DNA from: a virus
Lineage: Duplodnaviria > Caudoviricetes
Direction: 5' to 3' (one strand)
DNA: 60,828 bases
Virus record (IMG/VR): IMGVR_UViG_3300031707_002291
Span: 1-60,828 of that record
Shown here: piece by piece, positions 47,104 to 55,434 of the stretch
Layout of the letters: every line of letters begins with the position of its first letter
Position numbering within the stretch: position 1 is the stretch's first letter
Made by a program: the position numbers and the translations under genes
The notes under the pieces: model-generated
What the model was told of the DNA's origin: nothing
The model's database searches: none
Seen by the model: the letters and a program-made list of their open reading frames with translations, nothing else

Positions 47104-48023
47104 GCCAAAGCGGCGGCGCGGCGGCTGACCGTCCGCCCTGGGCACCCCGATCGCCGATCCTAGTGATCGGCGACATCTGTACTGACGTATTCCTCCGGGT
47201 AGCGGCCTCGCGTTTGTCGCGCGAGGCGCCGTTACCCGTTTTCTCGTTGGAGGAGGATGCGATGGTGCCGGCCGGAGAGGCGGAGGGCGGCGCCGGCAAC
47301 GTGGCGCGCCAGCTTCGGGCCTACGGCGTCGATGCCGTGCTAGTGCCTACCGGCCATCAGCCCAAGGTGCGCGTCTTGGCTGGCGTGCCGCCCCGCGAGG
47401 TCTTCCGGCTTGACGGCGTGTGGGCCGCGCCAGCTTCGGAGACGATGGCCCGCGCGGCCGTCGAGATAGCGCGGCGGACGTTCTCGGCCGCCGTCTACGT
47501 TGACTATCAGGGAAGGGCTGGCCCGGCACCGGGCGCGGCAGTGGTCCTAGCCGGCCTACCGCGCGGCGAATGCCCGCTCCTGGTCGATGCCCGCTCTAGC
47601 CTCGAGGGCTGGTGGGGCGTCGACCTACTCAAGATGCACATCAGCGACGCCGGCCTGGGCGAGAGCCCGAACCCGACCGAGGTTCGGGCCGCCCTGGAGC
47701 GGTCGGGCGCCTTTCGCCTTATCCTGACGCGCGGCGCCGCCGGCCACATCCTAGTCGGCCCCCGCTGGATCTCTCCCCGGCCGGCGGTACAACTGGAGGG
47801 GCCGGTCCTGAACACCAGCGGCGCCGGCGACATCTTTACCGCTACCCTGGCCGCCCTAGTCGCCGGCCGGCCCTCGCTTCTAGCCAACAGGGGCCAGTTG
47901 GAAGGCGCGGCCGAGATCGCCAGTCGGGCGGCCGCGCTGCGGGTCCGCAAGTCGGGCTATAATGAGGCCGTCACGAGCGAGGAGATGGCGCCATGGTGGC
48001 CGTCTGGAACGCCGAGCCCCTAG
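47100..48023 (+). CDS. PfkB-family kinase resembling HldE/RfaE domain I (heptose-7-phosphate kinase)
   Basis: ILVIGDI.TD, RLSREAPLPV, GGAGNVA, LTRGA.G, NTSGAGDIF. Confidence 0.8.
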   Translation: MSQSGGAAADRPPWAPRSPILVIGDICTDVFLRVAASRLSREAPLPVFSLEEDAMVPAGEAEGGAGNVARQLRAYGVDAVLVPTGHQPKVRVLAGVPPREVFRLDGVWAAPASETMARAAVEIARRTFSAAVYVDYQGRAGPAPGAAVVLAGLPRGECPLLVDARSSLEGWWGVDLLKMHISDAGLGESPNPTEVRAALERSGAFRLILTRGAAGHILVGPRWISPRPAVQLEGPVLNTSGAGDIFTATLAALVAGRPSLLANRGQLEGAAEIASRAAALRVRKSGYNEAVTSEEMAPWWPSGTPSP

Positions 48024-48487
48024 CCGACCTGGCGGCGCGCTGCCAAGCCCTCCGCCAACACCCGCCCCGCCGGCGCATCGCCCTGATTAACGGCTGCTTC
48101 GATGTCCTGCACCCTGGCCACGTCCTCATGATCCAAGACGCCGCTAGCCGATGCGACGTGCTGGTCGTGGCGATCGATACCGATGGCCAGGTGCATGCAC
48201 TAAAGGGGCGCGATCGGCCGCTCCGGTCCTGGGCCGAGCGGGCCTTCATGGTGGCCTCCATCCGCCGGGTCTTCGGCGTCGTGTCGCTGGGCGAGGGCCA
48301 GGCCCTGGCGACGGTCCTAGCCGCCATCAAGCCGGATCTCTACATGCACCGCGCCGGCGCCCCGCAGGCGGAGCTCGACGCGGCGACCGCTCTGGCCGTA
48401 GAGCTAGTCGAACTACCGGCCCACGGCCACTGGAGCACCACGAGGGAGTTGACACGATGGGAAGAAAGGCGACGAGACCTCCGGTAG
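47993..48487 (+). CDS. HldE/RfaE domain II-like heptose-1-phosphate nucleotidyltransferase
   Basis: NGCFDVLHPGH, LVVAIDTD..V..LKG..RP....ER, IKPD, STT. Confidence 0.85.
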   Translation: MVAVWNAEPLADLAARCQALRQHPPRRRIALINGCFDVLHPGHVLMIQDAASRCDVLVVAIDTDGQVHALKGRDRPLRSWAERAFMVASIRRVFGVVSLGEGQALATVLAAIKPDLYMHRAGAPQAELDAATALAVELVELPAHGHWSTTRELTRWEERRRDLR

Positions 48488-49692
48488 GGCAGCGCGAGCC
48501 GCTCGAAATCCGCTACGCCGACCCCCGCACGCTGACGCTGAACGAGCAAAACCCCAGGTGGATGCCCCCAGAGGAGATGGCGGCGCTGAAGCGCTCGCTG
48601 GCTACCTGGGGCGTGGTCGACCCCATCATCGTGCGTCGCGAAGACGGCCAGGTAATCGGCGGCCACCAGCGGATCGCCGCCGCCATCGAGCTCGGGCTGG
48701 CCCAGGTGCCGGTCGTGGACGTGGAGATCTCCGGCATGGACGCCGCGCTCCTGGCTCAGGCCCTGAACCGAATCATGGGCCGCTGGGATGAGCCGACCCT
48801 GTCGATTGTCCAGCAGCAGCTCCGCCTACAGGGCGCCGACCTGACCCTGACGGGCTTCACGGAGGGGGAGTTACAGCTTTACGCTGGCCCGAAGCCGGGC
48901 CTGACCGACCCCGACGCCGTGCCGGAGATGCCGGAGCCCGTCTCGAAGCTGGGCGACCTCTGGCTGTGCGGAGAGCACCGCCTCCTGTGCGGGGACGCGA
49001 CGAAGGCGGAGGATGTCGACAGGCTGATGGCGGGGGAGCGGGCAGCCCTGTTCGCTACTGACCCGCCCTATGGCTGCGATGCTGGCAATATCGGATTCAC
49101 GGCCCAACGGGACAAAATTGAGGCCATCACCAAGGATGACTTGGAAGGGCGGGAGATGCAAGCTTTTCTGGAAAGCGCCTTTCGCTCTGCTATTCCCTAT
49201 CTGAACCTCGACTGTGCCTGGTATCTCTGGCATCCGATGCTGACGCAGGGCTACTTTGCTGCTGCTGCTGCTGCTGCTGCTGACCTAATCATTCATAGAC
49301 AAATAATCTGGGTCAAGGAACAGTTCATCTTCGGTCGCGGCGATTATCATTGGCAACATGAACTTTGCTTCTTTGGCTGGCGTCAAGGATACCGGCCACC
49401 GTTCTACGGGGAACGCAATCAGTCAACGGTCTGGTCGATCGCCTGGGGAGAGAAGCGGGGAGCGGTAGGTCATCCGACCGTGAAGCCTGTAACCCTATTT
49501 GAGATACCACTTCGCAATCACACGAAAGCGGGCGGCATTGCCCTTGATCCCTTCCTCGGCTCCGGCACTACCATGATCGCCTGCGAGCGCCTGGGGCGGC
49601 GGTGCTACGGCATGGAGATCGAGCCCCGCTATGTGGATGTAGCCGTGAAGCGCTGGGAGCAGTTCACAGGCCGGGAGGCGCAGCGTGGATAG
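48457..49692 (+). CDS. ParB-like domain fused to N4/N6 DNA methyltransferase
   Basis: NPR, IGGHQR; GDLW.CGEHRLLCGD; TDPPY; HPTVKP; DPFLGSGTT. Confidence 0.9.
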   Translation: MGRKATRPPVGQREPLEIRYADPRTLTLNEQNPRWMPPEEMAALKRSLATWGVVDPIIVRREDGQVIGGHQRIAAAIELGLAQVPVVDVEISGMDAALLAQALNRIMGRWDEPTLSIVQQQLRLQGADLTLTGFTEGELQLYAGPKPGLTDPDAVPEMPEPVSKLGDLWLCGEHRLLCGDATKAEDVDRLMAGERAALFATDPPYGCDAGNIGFTAQRDKIEAITKDDLEGREMQAFLESAFRSAIPYLNLDCAWYLWHPMLTQGYFAAAAAAAADLIIHRQIIWVKEQFIFGRGDYHWQHELCFFGWRQGYRPPFYGERNQSTVWSIAWGEKRGAVGHPTVKPVTLFEIPLRNHTKAGGIALDPFLGSGTTMIACERLGRRCYGMEIEPRYVDVAVKRWEQFTGREAQRG

Positions 49693-49778
49693 CCTGTCAT
49701 TCGCAGACTCAGCACCGAACGGCGCGTGTACGCACCCGTGCGCGACGCCAACTCCTGGGGCAGCAGACTGACTCTGGC

Positions 49779-52601
49779 GTGGCGCGGAAATCTACCCTCA
49801 CCCGGCTACCGGCCGATCTCATAGGCCAGCGCCGCGAACACGTCCGGCGCCTGGACCTCATCGGTGCCACGATCCCCACCATTCTCGCTACCCTACAAGC
49901 CAGCGCGGCCCACCTGATCGACGATCAGGCTAACCCGGCCCAAACCATACGGGACGACCTGGACGTGATCCGGGCCCGCGCCGTTGACGAACTCTCAGAC
50001 CTTGGCTCGGCCGCGCCCGGCGCCCGCGCGCTGGTCGACTACATCGCCCTGAAGCGGGTGCTTCTGAGCAACGCTATGGCGATGGCAGAGTCGCCGGCGC
50101 TAGCCCCCAGGGATCGCGCCAAGTTCCTCCAGGTGGCCAGCGTGACGGCAGACGACATCGCGCGGGCCAGAGGCGTACCCGTAGACCGGCCGGCCTTCAA
50201 CATCAACTTCCAACAGCAGCTCCTGGCCCTGGGCCTGCCGGCCGAAATGGTCGACATGTTAACAGCGGGTCCGGTTCGACAGGCTCAACAGGCGCCCCTT
50301 CTCCTACCGCCTGGCGCCGGCGGCGGGATCGTGGACGCCGTCACGTTCGGGATCTCGCCGGAGTTCTGTAACCTGCCGACCCTGGCGGAGTCCTACCCGA
50401 TGCAGGAGCGGGTACTACGCGATTTCATGTCGCCGCGGTCACTCTACCGCGTGCTGGTCCTGGTCTGCGGGATGCGCTCGGGCAAGGGCGTGGTGGGTAG
50501 CGTCGTCGCCTGGTACGCCGCTTATCAGCTCCTCTCGCTGGCCGACCCGCAGCGCTACTACGGCCTGGCGCCGGGCCAGGAAATCCAGATCGTCACCATG
50601 GCAACATCCCAGGACCAGGCCAAGCGCAACGTCTTTAAGCACATCGTTGACCGGCTGGAGACCGGCGGCGCCTGGTTTCAAGCCCTGCGCGCCCAGGCGG
50701 AGGTCGTGAGCCTGGAGATCCGCCTGCCCAAGAACATCCTGATCCGGTGCGGCCACTCCAAGGCGTCGACCCAGGTGGGCTCGACATCCTTCCTCGTGAT
50801 CCTTGACGAGCTGGCCCGCATGAAAGACACGGAGGGCCGCGACAACGCCGACGAGGTCTACGACAAGATGTCTGCTACGACCGCGACCTTCCCTGAGCAT
50901 GGGAAGGTCCTGGTCCTCACGTCGCCGGAGTGGGAAGGCGACAAGAGCATGAGGCTGTTGGAGGAGGCTACTGCCGTCGACCAGGACGGCCGGCAGATCA
51001 ATCCCGATATGATGGGCCTCCAGCTCGCCACCTGGGAAGCCAACCTAAACCTGAGCGAGGACGCCCTGGCCGAAGCCTTCCATCGCGACGCGAATCCTAT
51101 GGCGTTCTGGCGCGACTTCGGGGCCCGGCCGCCGCTAGCCGCCGAGGGTTACTACCCTGACCCGAGCCGATGGGATCGCCAGGCCGACCCAGACCTGCGG
51201 CATCCGTACGACGAGAACGAGCAGCTCGCCGATTGGTGGCTGCCGTGCTGCGACTCCCGCCGCTACGTCCACATCGACCTGGGCGCCAAGCGCGACGCGT
51301 GCGGGCTCTCCATGGCCCACGCGCCAGTCGCTGGCTGCCCGTACTACAAGACCATCATGCAGGACGGCCAGCTAGTCGAGAATCCGCGCGCCCGCGCGGT
51401 GGTGGTCGACATGATCCACCAGCTCGTCCCCGGCCGCCGGCGGGAGATGAAGGGCGAGGTCTCCTTCGAGACCGTACGCCAGATGATCCGTGATTGGCAG
51501 GATCGGGGCTTCAAAATCAAGGGCGGCCTGGTCAGCTACGACGGCTGGCAGAGCCTCGATAGCCGGCAGCTCTTGAAGCGCGAGGGCTACAAGGTGGCGG
51601 AGTTCTCGCTAGACCGGAACACCGAGGGCCACGACACGCTTCAGGAGCTCATCAACACCGACCGCCTGGCGTACTACGCCCATGCCGTCCTCATCGCCGA
51701 AGGCAAGCGCCTCATGCTCGTACACGGCAAGAAGGTCGACCATCCCAAGGGGGGCTGCTTTACTGGGGATACCAGGATCGCACTGCTCGATGGCAGCAAT
51801 CCAACCATCGCAGAATTGGCGGCGCGCGGCCCAGGTCCCTATTACGTCTTTACGATGGGAGAAGACGGAATCACGGTCGGCGTTGCACACTCGGCCCGAC
51901 TCACCTCGCCGGACGCAGAGATCATCGAGTTGACCTTGGACAGGTTCGATACGGTTCGCTGTACGCCCGACCATCGCTTCCGCCTCCTGGACGGCCAATA
52001 CAAGGAAGCCCGTGCGCTGCTTCCGGCGGATCGCCTTGCGCCTCTCTACCGCGCTGTCGTCATGGAAGGCGGCTGGCAGGGGTATGTACGGATTACGTGC
52101 CCCGTTAATGGCCGCCGGATGGTTCACGACCTCGTCGGCCAATGGAAATATGGTCCCAAGCCAGTTGGGATGCTTTACCACCACCTAGACAACGATGGGA
52201 TGAATAACGATCCGGCCAATGTTGACATATGGACCGAGGCCGAGCACGCACGGTACCACACTACGCTGCGCCACAAGACCGATCCGGGATACAACCTGAA
52301 GGTCCGCCTAGGGGCGGCGGCTTATGCCCGGTCGGAAGGGGGTCGTCAGAAGTCTAGGGAGACGATCCTTGCCAATATGCCAAAGTTGCTGGCCGCCCGG
52401 CGCATTGGCCCCAATCATCGGGTCGTTAGGATAACTGCCGCTGGCCGCGCCTCCGTTTACGATCTCACCGTCGAGGGCACCTCCAACTTTGCCCTCTCCG
52501 CTGGCGTCTTCGTGCACAACTCGAAGGATGTGGTCGACGCGGTCGCCGGCGCCGTCTACCACGCGCTGAAGCATGGCGGACGCATCGCCTTCGTGGGCTA
52601 G
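49779..52601 (+). CDS. terL: Terminase large subunit with N-terminal small-subunit-like HTH region and an intein
   Basis: Walker A GMRSGKG; Walker B LVILDE; HIDLG; KVDHP..G/SKDVVDAV; start GTG 49779 is inferred. Confidence 0.88.
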   Translation: MARKSTLTRLPADLIGQRREHVRRLDLIGATIPTILATLQASAAHLIDDQANPAQTIRDDLDVIRARAVDELSDLGSAAPGARALVDYIALKRVLLSNAMAMAESPALAPRDRAKFLQVASVTADDIARARGVPVDRPAFNINFQQQLLALGLPAEMVDMLTAGPVRQAQQAPLLLPPGAGGGIVDAVTFGISPEFCNLPTLAESYPMQERVLRDFMSPRSLYRVLVLVCGMRSGKGVVGSVVAWYAAYQLLSLADPQRYYGLAPGQEIQIVTMATSQDQAKRNVFKHIVDRLETGGAWFQALRAQAEVVSLEIRLPKNILIRCGHSKASTQVGSTSFLVILDELARMKDTEGRDNADEVYDKMSATTATFPEHGKVLVLTSPEWEGDKSMRLLEEATAVDQDGRQINPDMMGLQLATWEANLNLSEDALAEAFHRDANPMAFWRDFGARPPLAAEGYYPDPSRWDRQADPDLRHPYDENEQLADWWLPCCDSRRYVHIDLGAKRDACGLSMAHAPVAGCPYYKTIMQDGQLVENPRARAVVVDMIHQLVPGRRREMKGEVSFETVRQMIRDWQDRGFKIKGGLVSYDGWQSLDSRQLLKREGYKVAEFSLDRNTEGHDTLQELINTDRLAYYAHAVLIAEGKRLMLVHGKKVDHPKGGCFTGDTRIALLDGSNPTIAELAARGPGPYYVFTMGEDGITVGVAHSARLTSPDAEIIELTLDRFDTVRCTPDHRFRLLDGQYKEARALLPADRLAPLYRAVVMEGGWQGYVRITCPVNGRRMVHDLVGQWKYGPKPVGMLYHHLDNDGMNNDPANVDIWTEAEHARYHTTLRHKTDPGYNLKVRLGAAAYARSEGGRQKSRETILANMPKLLAARRIGPNHRVVRITAAGRASVYDLTVEGTSNFALSAGVFVHNSKDVVDAVAGAVYHALKHGGRIAFVG
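51756..52520 (+). other. Intein (255 aa) with HNH endonuclease
   Basis: CFTGDTRI start, CTPDH block B, VYDLTV...NF....VFVHN/S end; internal HH.D....NN.P.N...H..YH. Confidence 0.92.
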
Positions 52602-52604
52602 GGG

Positions 52605-52634
52605 TTGATCGCCCCTAGCCGTAGCGCCTATCAT
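52605..52634 (+). promoter_or_regulatory. Sigma70 promoter with operator (leaderless)
   Basis: TTGATC-18-TATCAT; TAGCCG-TAG-CGCCTA; ATG 52641. Confidence 0.65.
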
Positions 52635-52640
52635 GCGGGC

Positions 52641-52889
52641 ATGCGGCTAGTCTCGCCCAAGGTGAATGACGAGTGGGGCAATCCTATCTACCCTAGGCAT
52701 GGCAGGCCACCCCCCGGTGCCACGGGGATCATCTGCGTCAGGCTAATTCTGAAGCCCAGCCCCGTTGCCGTTATGAATGGCGGCTCGCGAGAGTTCCTGA
52801 TTACCCACGAGGTCTGCCGGGGTGAGATCGTCGGGGGGTCTGGCGATGAGACTTGCTCCTGGTGCGGCGCGCGTCCACTGTGGGCTTGA
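52641..52889 (+). CDS. Hypothetical protein (H..C...CxxC)
   Basis: Start moved to ATG 52641. Confidence 0.55.
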   Translation: MRLVSPKVNDEWGNPIYPRHGRPPPGATGIICVRLILKPSPVAVMNGGSREFLITHEVCRGEIVGGSGDETCSWCGARPLWA

Positions 52890-52915
52890 CAAAAGATAGC
52901 CGTACCGGCTAGTAT
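52886..52915 (+). promoter_or_regulatory. Sigma70 promoter with perfect operator
   Basis: TTGACA-18-TAGTAT; TAGCCG-TAC-CGGCTA at 52897-52911. Confidence 0.75.
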
Positions 52916-52924
52916 CTACGGGCG

Positions 52925-53512
52925 ATGCTATCGCCTACATTCCGGTCCTCCTTACTCTTGGTGCTGGCGGCTGTGGCGGTAGTGGCGGCTACCGCCCCCG
53001 CCGGCGCCAGGCCGGCGCCCAGGCCCCCGCCTATCTGCCGCTGGTATCCCCAGCTCCGGCTGTGCCGGACCCCGACGCCATCGGCCACGACGACGGCGAC
53101 GCCATCGACAACGACAACGCCCTCGCCGCCGCCCCCGCCGACGCCATCGCTGTCGCCTACGCCATCGCCTGCGGCAACCCCCACGTCAACGCCGACGGCA
53201 ACAGCACAGCCGACGGCTACGCCTTCGGCAACGGTTACGCCTATGCCAACGGCCACGCCTATGCCGCTGCCTACGTCAACGCCCACGCCCATCCGGCACC
53301 TACAGGGCGACCTAAACGGCGACTGTGCGGTCGACATCCTAGACTGGCAGATCATCGCCCCGCGCTTCGGGTGCGTGTGGGGGCGGCTGTGCTATAGCCG
53401 CACCTATGACCTGGAGCCTCCCGGCGGCGACGAGGACATCGACATCTTCGACCTCCAGTACGTCTGTGGCCGGATGGGAAGCACCTGCGCTAACCCGTAC
53501 CCGCCGCAATAA
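52925..53512 (+). CDS. Secreted Pro/Thr-rich protein with dockerin-like C-terminus
   Basis: Signal peptide; long PT/ST linker; GDLNGDCAVDILD and DEDIDIFDLQ Ca-binding repeats. Confidence 0.8.
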   Translation: MLSPTFRSSLLLVLAAVAVVAATAPAGARPAPRPPPICRWYPQLRLCRTPTPSATTTATPSTTTTPSPPPPPTPSLSPTPSPAATPTSTPTATAQPTATPSATVTPMPTATPMPLPTSTPTPIRHLQGDLNGDCAVDILDWQIIAPRFGCVWGRLCYSRTYDLEPPGGDEDIDIFDLQYVCGRMGSTCANPYPPQ

Positions 53513-53519
53513 CGCCCCT

Positions 53520-53549
53520 TTGACATCGGGTAGTCGTATCGGCTAGTCT
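53520..53549 (+). promoter_or_regulatory. Sigma70 promoter with operator
   Basis: TTGACA-18-TAGTCT; TAGTCG-TAT-CGGCTA. Confidence 0.68.
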
Positions 53550-53844
53550 TGCCCCATGGCGCCGGCGCCGGTCGACAGGGGCAGCTTGGGGCATGCGTTA
53601 GGTAACGCGGGGGCCTCTGCGGCACCGGCGCTGGTATTGAGCCCGCTTAGTGTAAGTAGCATACCTAACGTCGTACGCGATCGCCGGCTAATCGATATTG
53701 GAGGACCGGGGAGGGCCGCGCCCCCGGAGCGGGCACCAGGCCAATGACCAGCGATGATGGCCTGATCATCGCGGCCGAGCGGCGCCGAGGACCGCCAACG
53801 GAGTACGACTTGAGCTTTAAGGGCCTACGGGCGCTGGGGCCGCC

Positions 53845-54288
53845 GTGACGGGTCTACCGACGCCGGCCTATGACCAGGACGGGGTCCGTCTCTACCTGGG
53901 CGACTGCCGCGACTCACCCAACCGCGCAGACATGGATGCTGAGGCTGGCCCCGCCTTCGCACACTACCTGAGAACGGACAAGAGCGGTGCTCGGCCCATC
54001 CCGCCTGAACTCCTAGAGGCGTGGATCGAGTGCAGGTGGCTGGGGCGTGTAGTCGTGCCAGCGGCACCGCCTAGCCAGTACGAGCCCGGCCTGGTCCTCG
54101 ACCCGTTCATGGGCACGGGCACGACGGCCATGGCGGCGGTGAAGCTAGGACGTCGGTGCATCGGCCTGGATGCCAGCCAGGACTACGTGAAGCAGGCCAT
54201 CACCCGGCTATCGGTCGGCGACGCCGGCGTCCGGCGCATCGTGGAGGCCCAGCGCGCCGGCGTCGAGCAGCCGACGCTGTTCGGATAA
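53845..54288 (+). pseudogene. Internally deleted N4/N6 DNA methyltransferase
   Basis: N-terminal LYLGDCRD and C-terminal VLDPFMGTGTT...GRRCIG kept; catalytic PPY region absent. Confidence 0.7.
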
Positions 54289-54449
54289 TATGATCATCTG
54301 CCTTGCCTGCCATTGGAAGGGCTGGATCATGCTGGAGTTCTGCCCATGGTGCGGGCGGGCCACGCTAGCCGACGAGCACGACTTTGGCGTTAACCCCATC
54401 GACGCTGCTAATATGCAGGCGAATCTCGAACACGAGAGGAAGCGGCGAA

Positions 54450-54725
54450 ATGGAGACCCTAGACATCCGCCAGGTGCAGACCAAGCTGGGCCTAATCGCC
54501 CAGGTAACGGCCGACGTAGACCTTGAGGGCTTCCTAGCCGAGCTCGAGATGGCCGATGCCGTGGGCCCGGTTCTCTACCCGAGCGAGTGGATCGCGGACG
54601 TTGTGGCCCAATGCGACGAGGCCCGCGTGCCGGTCTACGTCAAACAGGACGCCGGCCGCTACCCTGGGCGCCAGGGCCGGATACCGGACGCCCTGTGGGC
54701 GCGGAGGGAGCTACCGTGGGGCTAG
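54450..54725 (+). CDS. Chimeric ORF ending in a DUF5131 (gp37/gp68)-like C-terminal fragment
   Basis: EWI..VV.QC..A.VPVYVKQ...P..LW.RRE.P. Confidence 0.55.
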   Translation: METLDIRQVQTKLGLIAQVTADVDLEGFLAELEMADAVGPVLYPSEWIADVVAQCDEARVPVYVKQDAGRYPGRQGRIPDALWARRELPWG

Positions 54726-54921
54726 GTTGGTTGCTGGGCCGCCTACGGACTTGGCGTGAGCGCCGGCGGACCATCCGCCAGCTCCGCCGGATGGCGCGGG
54801 CTGCCGAGAAGGTCGCCGCTAGCCTGCAGAATCTCGGCGAGGCTACCCATAGGACGCAGGCCGTTATCCGCCAGGCACCCGTTCGGAGCGGGGCCCGGCG
54901 CAACGGAGACCGGCCGGGGCT

Positions 54922-55434
54922 ATGGTGATTCGCGGCCGGCGCGACGACCCCATGCGGAATTGGGAGCCGGACGCCGGCGCCAGCGTCTTCGGCGCCTACG
55001 GCCTCAAGAATCCCCTGGTCCTCTACCTACTGAGGACGGCGCCGGAGCTCCTGAGCCTAACACCCGACCAGCTCTACGGCCGCGTTAGGGTCCGGCCGCC
55101 GGACTGCCGGCTCTGCCAGCGCCCGATGGCCTTCCGCCTGGACGGCTGGGTCTGCTATCGACACGCCGAGCCGGTCCGGCTAGCATTCGACTATGAGCCC
55201 CAGGCGGCCCGCGTCAGCGGCCGCCGCGACATCCTAGCGGACCTGGGCCGCGAGCTCGACATCATCTACGCCAGTGGCCGCTGGCACGTGGTCGACATGG
55301 AGATGCCGGCCGGCCCGCCCGTACGCCGTCGACCATTTAGGCAGGCGGGTGCCGCGCCGCCCGCGATGAAGGAGCCGCCCGATGGTGAGCACCGACCTGG
55401 CCGACCGCGCAAAGCAACACGGCGCCGAACCTAA
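54922..55434 (+). CDS. Hypothetical protein (CxxC...C..H)
   Basis: 170 aa before the portal gene. Confidence 0.55.
   Translation: MVIRGRRDDPMRNWEPDAGASVFGAYGLKNPLVLYLLRTAPELLSLTPDQLYGRVRVRPPDCRLCQRPMAFRLDGWVCYRHAEPVRLAFDYEPQAARVSGRRDILADLGRELDIIYASGRWHVVDMEMPAGPPVRRRPFRQAGAAPPAMKEPPDGEHRPGRPRKATRRRT
55328..55337 (+). promoter_or_regulatory. Putative late-promoter motif GTCGACCATT
   Basis: About 45 nt before the portal ATG. Confidence 0.55.

Noticed and set aside
48457-48860. ParB domain as a plasmid partition system
   Set aside because: It is the common N-terminal ParB-like domain of terminase-adjacent methylases; no ParA or parS array seen
51735-51744. GTCGACCATC as another late promoter
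   Set aside because: Encodes the conserved VDHP terminase motif mid-gene; similar CGACCATT hits near 2366 and 40452 are also intragenic
53060-53295. Repeat array or CRISPR-like region
   Set aside because: Low-complexity codons of the Pro/Thr linker; no constant repeat-spacer structure and no cas genes
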